Below are positions 58,387-64,000 of a stretch of DNA of 64,000 bases, piece by piece. The position numbers and the translations under genes are program-made. A model generated the notes under the pieces. It made no database searches. It saw nothing but the letters and a program-made list of their open reading frames with translations, and was not told the DNA's origin. Origin of the DNA: Callorhinchus milii (taxonomy: Eukaryota); contig NW_024704743.1 of NCBI RefSeq assembly GCF_018977255.1, forward strand, positions 25,422,001-25,486,000, written 5' to 3'. How positions within the stretch are numbered: position 1 is the stretch's first letter; the number at the start of each line of letters is the position of its first letter.

Positions 58387-61300
58387 TTCAGCTTTTTTTA
58401 AGAAATAGCAAAAGAGCATTCTTTATCCAAAGCTACTTACCAATGAGACTGTTTCTTCAGAAGTATTCTTGTGTTGTCTTTGTCACAGACCCTGATGTAT
58501 TGCTCATCATAGCATCATTTAGATGGATTGTTTTTTACTCAAAAAAAATTTAAATTTGCTTTCTGATTTTTTTTGCATATTAGTGAATATTAATCATTGA
58601 AGCCCGGGGAGAGAGTGGCGAGAAAGGCATTTCATTGAAATGGTTGAAAAGGACTGACTTTCAATTGGGGCAGATCAGTTTCCCATCTGAAATATGTACA
58701 GTTAGAACTGAAGCCAGTTTATGCCAAGTCCAGGGTTGTCTGGCGCAAAGGGAGATTTACTACCTCTTTTTTATGTTTCTTTCCTTCAGATTTTCTTTCC
58801 TCAAGAAGCAAACTCACATTGGGGTAGACTCCTACCCCTGATTCTTTAGTGGCCATTCTTTGACTATGATCCTGGGCAGTGAGTCACACACATCCACACA
58901 CATGCATTTTACATCAAGGGAGGCTTCATACGAATATCAGGAATGGGAGGTCCTCAATGGACCATCTCATCCTTCTCTAGCCTAGGAAAGCTTATACCAA
59001 TTGTAGAAGCCCTATTTTTGCATTGATGGAGAGAATCAAGATTCCATCCCCTTTGGATGGATCTGTCACTAATGTCAACCAAAGGTGTATAATGCTCAAT
59101 GGAATAGTTCCTGAGAGATGACGATGAACTTGAGACTTTCCTGGTCTTTATCATAAGTATTGTAAGTTACCATAAGTAACATAACACATTTGGCCACTGC
59201 CTTATGTACCATTCTTTATATTCTTACAGTTGTTCTTATGCCTTTTCTCTTTGTTCCTAAGTGATGCCCCTGTTGATCTGCATGACTGAGAGATAGCAAC
59301 TTACAGGTGTGTGTCCTGCCTTCTGTTAGCTTCCAGTATCCCACTGGTGTTCCACACCCCTGCTACCTTGTGCGGCTTAGAGTTTTTCAGTACAGCAGAC
59401 TCCCTTCCCCCCACTTCACCCCACTTCATCCCATCCGGAGGTGGTCCTTCAGCCCAAATAGCAGCTATTTTCCACAAGTGGAAAGAATAAGACGAAGTAT
59501 CTTCACACCAAATAAAAGAGGTCGGGGGTCAGTGTGTATAGTGCCCCGCTGTTGATACAATACTTGTGCATACTCCCCCATTTACTACTTGCCGACCTAA
59601 TCATCCACACAGGGGTACACAGTTGACGCATGGTGATGTTGACACTGAAAATTTTTATTTTTGATACAATCACTGGGATGATAATTCTAATTCACTCCAA
59701 AATTCCACCTCTTCTCATGAAGGGTTGGCTCATGCGAAGGTAAACTTCCGCAGTAGCTAGCCATCTCTTGGTACCTTAGCCAAGTGATCATTCCTCATGT
59801 ATCAGCTTTGAGAATGAGTGCTACCTGGTTATTTAATCATTGTGCCTTCGTAGCCAAGTTTGGTTCTGTCCTCACCTGATGTCTCCGCATGTCCACTTTT
59901 CAGCGGGGATTTGGACGGCCATCAGGGGCAGGATTCAGACTGGTTATTCACTCCTTAGAGCAAAGACACCAGTGCTTAGTATAACTCCTCACTGTTGTCC
60001 CAATTGAGATGAACTCTTCAGCAAAGACCAAGCTATGAAACCTCTGTAAGGCAGTTTCACACAAGGCAGTGGCTTTGCCAACTGAGGTTGAGAGGAGCTG
60101 ATTAACACAACTCATTCTTCCCAGCTTCCCAAGACTTCCTCCGTCTTCCATTCCTTATATAATCCATAGATACCTAAACCCCAAAGCTTTGTATCACCTG
60201 AACACTACTTATTATAATAATAATAATAATAATAATAAGAAGAAGATTTGTCAGCTAGTGTTTCTAAACTTAGTGGCATTCTATACAATTGGTCTGGGGC
60301 ACTTCACTTAGGTTTCTTAATGAAAGTAAATGTAGAAGCATTTGAGCAGGATGACATTTTACCGACTGCTAGCATTTTATTCAAGTTGAGGATCATTGAC
60401 TGGATATGAAAACAGTAAACATATGAAGAAAGCCATATACTGTACTTGTACATGTTTATCTAGTTTCAACATATATTATGACATCCTTATTCCTGGTCAA
60501 CATTATTGCTCATATCTGCTTTGTTTTTTTAAATATTTGTGGGAATTTGGGTGCTTTTTCAGGTGCAGGGAACATTCTGTTTTTTGCGCCCAGTGTCAGC
60601 ATTGAACACTCCTAGGCTAAGAAGAGCAAAGCCACATGCACAGAACACAAGGACATAAGAATTTGCTTGTCGAAAGAAGACTAAGGTCCACCATACTGGC
60701 AGTCGTGTGCACTAGTCATGTCCCAAACTATATATTGTATCCCGTGCTATTATTTTCGAACAGAATAACAGTGCAGCAACTCTACTCAGCTTCCAATAAG
60801 GTTCAATATGCCTTAACCCCAACTGCACCAGTATAACATTTTTCAATGTTTAGACTACCTGTCCCTGACCTCTCAGCATGAGACTGCCAAACCTCAGGGC
60901 AGTTTTGTATCTACTTTGCATTTTTATACTTGTTTATTCTAATTTTGTAAACCCTTGAGGACTACAACAGACTTTCTGCACAAACTGCAGATGAATGCAG
61001 GGTCAGAAATGCCAACTGCTACAAATTTCTAAACGTATTGTATGATATTCAGCATTGTGTGTTTACAGAATTGTCACTCTTTTAGAGATTATGCAATGCC
61101 AGTTAAGTGCTTTTGAAAAGCTTGAAAGGACAGATATTGCTCAAAAGGAGTTAAGACATTTTAATTTCGTCAACAGATAACCCTAGCACATCATTCATCC
61201 AATATGGGTCACCCACTTCTGATGACGAGATGTTAGAGATATTCTGAGAAGTATAGCTCTTTTTTTCAGATCCTAATCATTACCCATTAATTACATATTG

Positions 61301-61840
61301 CGCTGATAATTGACTGGGGTTTTACCCAGTTTGAAAGCGCTGCAAGAGATTTTTCTTTGTTAGGGTGGATTTCTCAGGAAAAGCATAGAGACCAGTCCTT
61401 TTCTTTTCATACAAAGAATTTACTTCAGAATCTTTTCCTGGACATCCTCCATGTCCCACTGGTGAGTGCATTAAAATCTTAGTCGGGAAATTTGCAGCAT
61501 TTCATCAAATATACTCTGTGATAATTATCATATTTTTTCCTATAAAACACACCATAACTAGACTTCACAGTAAAGCCTCATGAAGCGCTTTGAGAATTTA
61601 GGGCAATGTAATAATTTGCTATATCAAATGGAATATTTTTTAATATAATTCTCACAAGGAATCCATAATGAAATGTTTAAAATTTCATCCGAATATTTCA
61701 CCTTTTTATCTGCAAATGGCTGGCTTGGTTTCACCCCCTACATTGTATCAGATTTTGGATTCCTGACCAAGAACATCAGAACATTAAAGAAACTAATTTT
61801 TTAAAAAAAACAATAAAATATTCGTACATATTTTATCACA
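58387..61840 (+). other. AHRR: Probable AHRR 3' UTR; end uncertain
   Basis: AU-rich and comparatively repeat-poor after the stop. AATAAA at 59511-59516 and 61812-61817. Confidence 0.45.
61190..61395 (+). repeat. About 205 bp direct duplication, copy 1 (probable 3' UTR)
   Basis: atcattcatccaatatgggtcacccacttctgatgacgag...ggaaaagcatagagaccag repeated at 62692-62899. Confidence 0.95.
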
Positions 61841-62691
61841 ACCTCTTGTGCTTTCTCCTGATTATCTATGGCATGAAACCAGCACACACACAAATATCTT
61901 TACAGCAGCAACTGCAGTGACTTCAAAATACTGCTATCACCTTGAAAAGTATGGGGAAAAATTCTGTGCACATTTGCACTGTGTGTTATATCATACACAC
62001 TGATAGAATAAAGCATAACTTCACAATTCATAGAATCTGAGACAGCGCAGAAGGAGGCCATTTGGCTAATTGATTCTGAACTGGCTCTCAAGACAAGGTG
62101 TTCATTCAATCTCACTGCCATGCCTATTCCCATACACCCTCAAGCCTTTATCTTTCACAAACTGTCTACTTCCATCTTGAAACCACCCATTTCACCTACA
62201 ATCATTACATACTTTATCGGAAACTGGGTGAAGTGCTTGGAGATATTTCAATGAGATAAAGCAATATATCAAGTGGAAGTGTTATATTACAGTATTATAA
62301 CTGTATCTCAAAGTGAGTTTATGTGGCCAAAGAAACTCCAATATAGGAACTATTGATCTGTAGTATATCCCAATGTTGCATTTTACAGTGAGATGAACCT
62401 AACATGATGAACTAGTTTATAAGGTCATTACCAATCAGGGGTTTAATGCTCAATCTACTGCAAATCCCAAAGATGAGTTTAGTAGATCAGGCATGGCTCT
62501 AGTGTAATAATAATCTGCATCGTAACAGAATGAACTTGCATTAATTTGGGATACACCAGTCTTTCCCCAACCCTCCAGGAGATGGATCTGATGTTCACTC
62601 CATTCAATTGATGGCATTTGCATTGCTTGCATAGAGATTGGTACCTGCTGTCCTCCGAGTGAGCGCTCTAACCCGTGCTTGTCAGATGTTA

Positions 62692-62899
62692 ATCATTCAT
62701 CCAATATGGGTCACCCACTTCTGATGACGAGATGTTAGAGATATTTTGAGAAGTGAAGCTCTTTTCTTTGTCAGATCCTAATCATTCTCCATTAATTACA
62801 TATTGCGCTGATAATTGACTGGGGTTTTACCCAGTTTGAAATCGCTGAAAGAGATTTTTTTTGATAGGGTGGATTTCTCAGGAAAAGCATAGAGACCAG
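62692..62899 (+). repeat. About 205 bp direct duplication, copy 2, fused to an L2 3' end
   Basis: Near-identical to 61190-61395; L2 sequence begins at the next base. Confidence 0.95.
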
Positions 62900-63140
62900 C
62901 CCCACCCCCTGGAACTCCATCTCGCAGTCCATCCACCTCACACCCTCCCTTGCCTGCTTCAAGACCCATCTCAAGAGCCTCCTCTATGACCGTGCTTTTG
63001 ATCACCCTGCTTCCCCCCCTGCCCTCCACGCTCCCTGACCACGACCCCCAGCTCGGGTCTAAAACTCTGTCTGTCCAGCGCCTTGGGACGTCCTCCAGAC
63101 GTGAAAGGCGCTTTACAAATGCAATTTTGTTATTGTTGTT
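62900..63140 (+). mobile_element. Short L2 3' end
   Basis: cctggaactccatc...ttcaagacccatctcaagagcctcctc...cttgggacgtcctccagacgtgaaaggcgc-(TTG)n. Confidence 0.85.
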
Positions 63141-64000
63141 AAGTGAAGTAAGGTTTAAAAAAGCAGCTGTTTCTTATATGAAGATCTTTGAGACATCTAG
63201 AAGACGTGAAAAGCGCTATATCAAATGCAAGAATTATTATTATTATATAAGACCCATATGTTAAAATGGAATTCAATAATTAAGTGTAAAATCTGAATGC
63301 AGCCATTTTCTCCAGTGTAACATAAGAGTCTTACAAGTAGGTGGAGAGAAGAGAATACTAACCTGCTCTCCGAGATGCTACCCCATGTAAAGAATGCAAG
63401 TTGTTGCTAAACATGGCCAGAATATCCAAAAGAATAATAAATCAGAAGAAATGAATCACCCGCATAATGAACAAGGACTCAAATAACAGATGGTTTCATT
63501 ATTCATGAATGTAAAGGTAAAATGTGAAGTTCATGGCGAAAAAAAATCAGATGGGTCTAAGGATAAAATGCAAATATTTCCGTGTTGAGAGCTGGTGTGT
63601 TTCAAATATTCCAATAGACAAAAAGCAGGTGTGAGGTGTGTGAAGAGTCTGCCAGCAATAATGGATGAATTAAACTTTAACCTACAATTCTGCTGAGTGG
63701 TGAGGCGCTGCACGCAATGTCTGCTCATAGTCTGATTCACTGTGCCAGGTTAAAAAAAACAAACTTTTTCCCTAGCCTGCAAATCTGGTATAATTCGAAA
63801 ATTAAGTCTGGTTCCCATCGAACATGTAGAGAACTCAGAATCCACGTAACTTAATATGTTGTGGCATAAAACCAGTCTTAGAGAGACTTGGCAGTGAATT
63901 TTCATTTGTTGTGGCTAGTATATCTTACTCAGATATTTAGGATGTCACATTACAGCAGGCATTATGGATTACTGTTTTCAGCCAATAATAATCACTATCA

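Noticed and set aside
61216..61252. acttc-TGATGA...CTGA-gaagt, resembling a box C/D snoRNA or K-turn
   Set aside because: Only about 37 nt, the geometry lacks the 3-nt bulge, and the D box is mutated in the duplicate at 62.7 kb.

Overview
Vertebrate genomic DNA, AT-rich and dense in repeats. The SINE/LINE content suggests a cartilaginous fish, possibly a chimaera (inference). The window holds the 3' part of one + strand gene, the aryl hydrocarbon receptor repressor (AHRR). Eight coding exons (19207-19325, 39099-39188, 42445-42580, 43852-43979, 48446-48645, 51839-51945, 53251-53392, 57129-58386) join in frame through GT-AG introns into about 725 aa. The bHLH exons are upstream, outside the window. 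The rest is intron, 3' UTR and flank, filled with two tRNA-derived SINE families, L2 and CR1 3' fragments, and a decayed APE-RT LINE of another type. Main points of interest: (1) this AHRR keeps two open, AHR-like PAS-B exons, although key ligand-pocket residues have changed; (2) a tight cluster of AHR response elements (XREs) with GC boxes lies in the long intron before the linker exon; (3) the unusual LINE carries a second copy of its own 3' end at its 5' junction; (4) several local duplications have junctions in SINE or L2 sequence. Almost all other ORFs in the track are repeat-derived or chance. All comparisons to known sequences are from memory; no searches were run.
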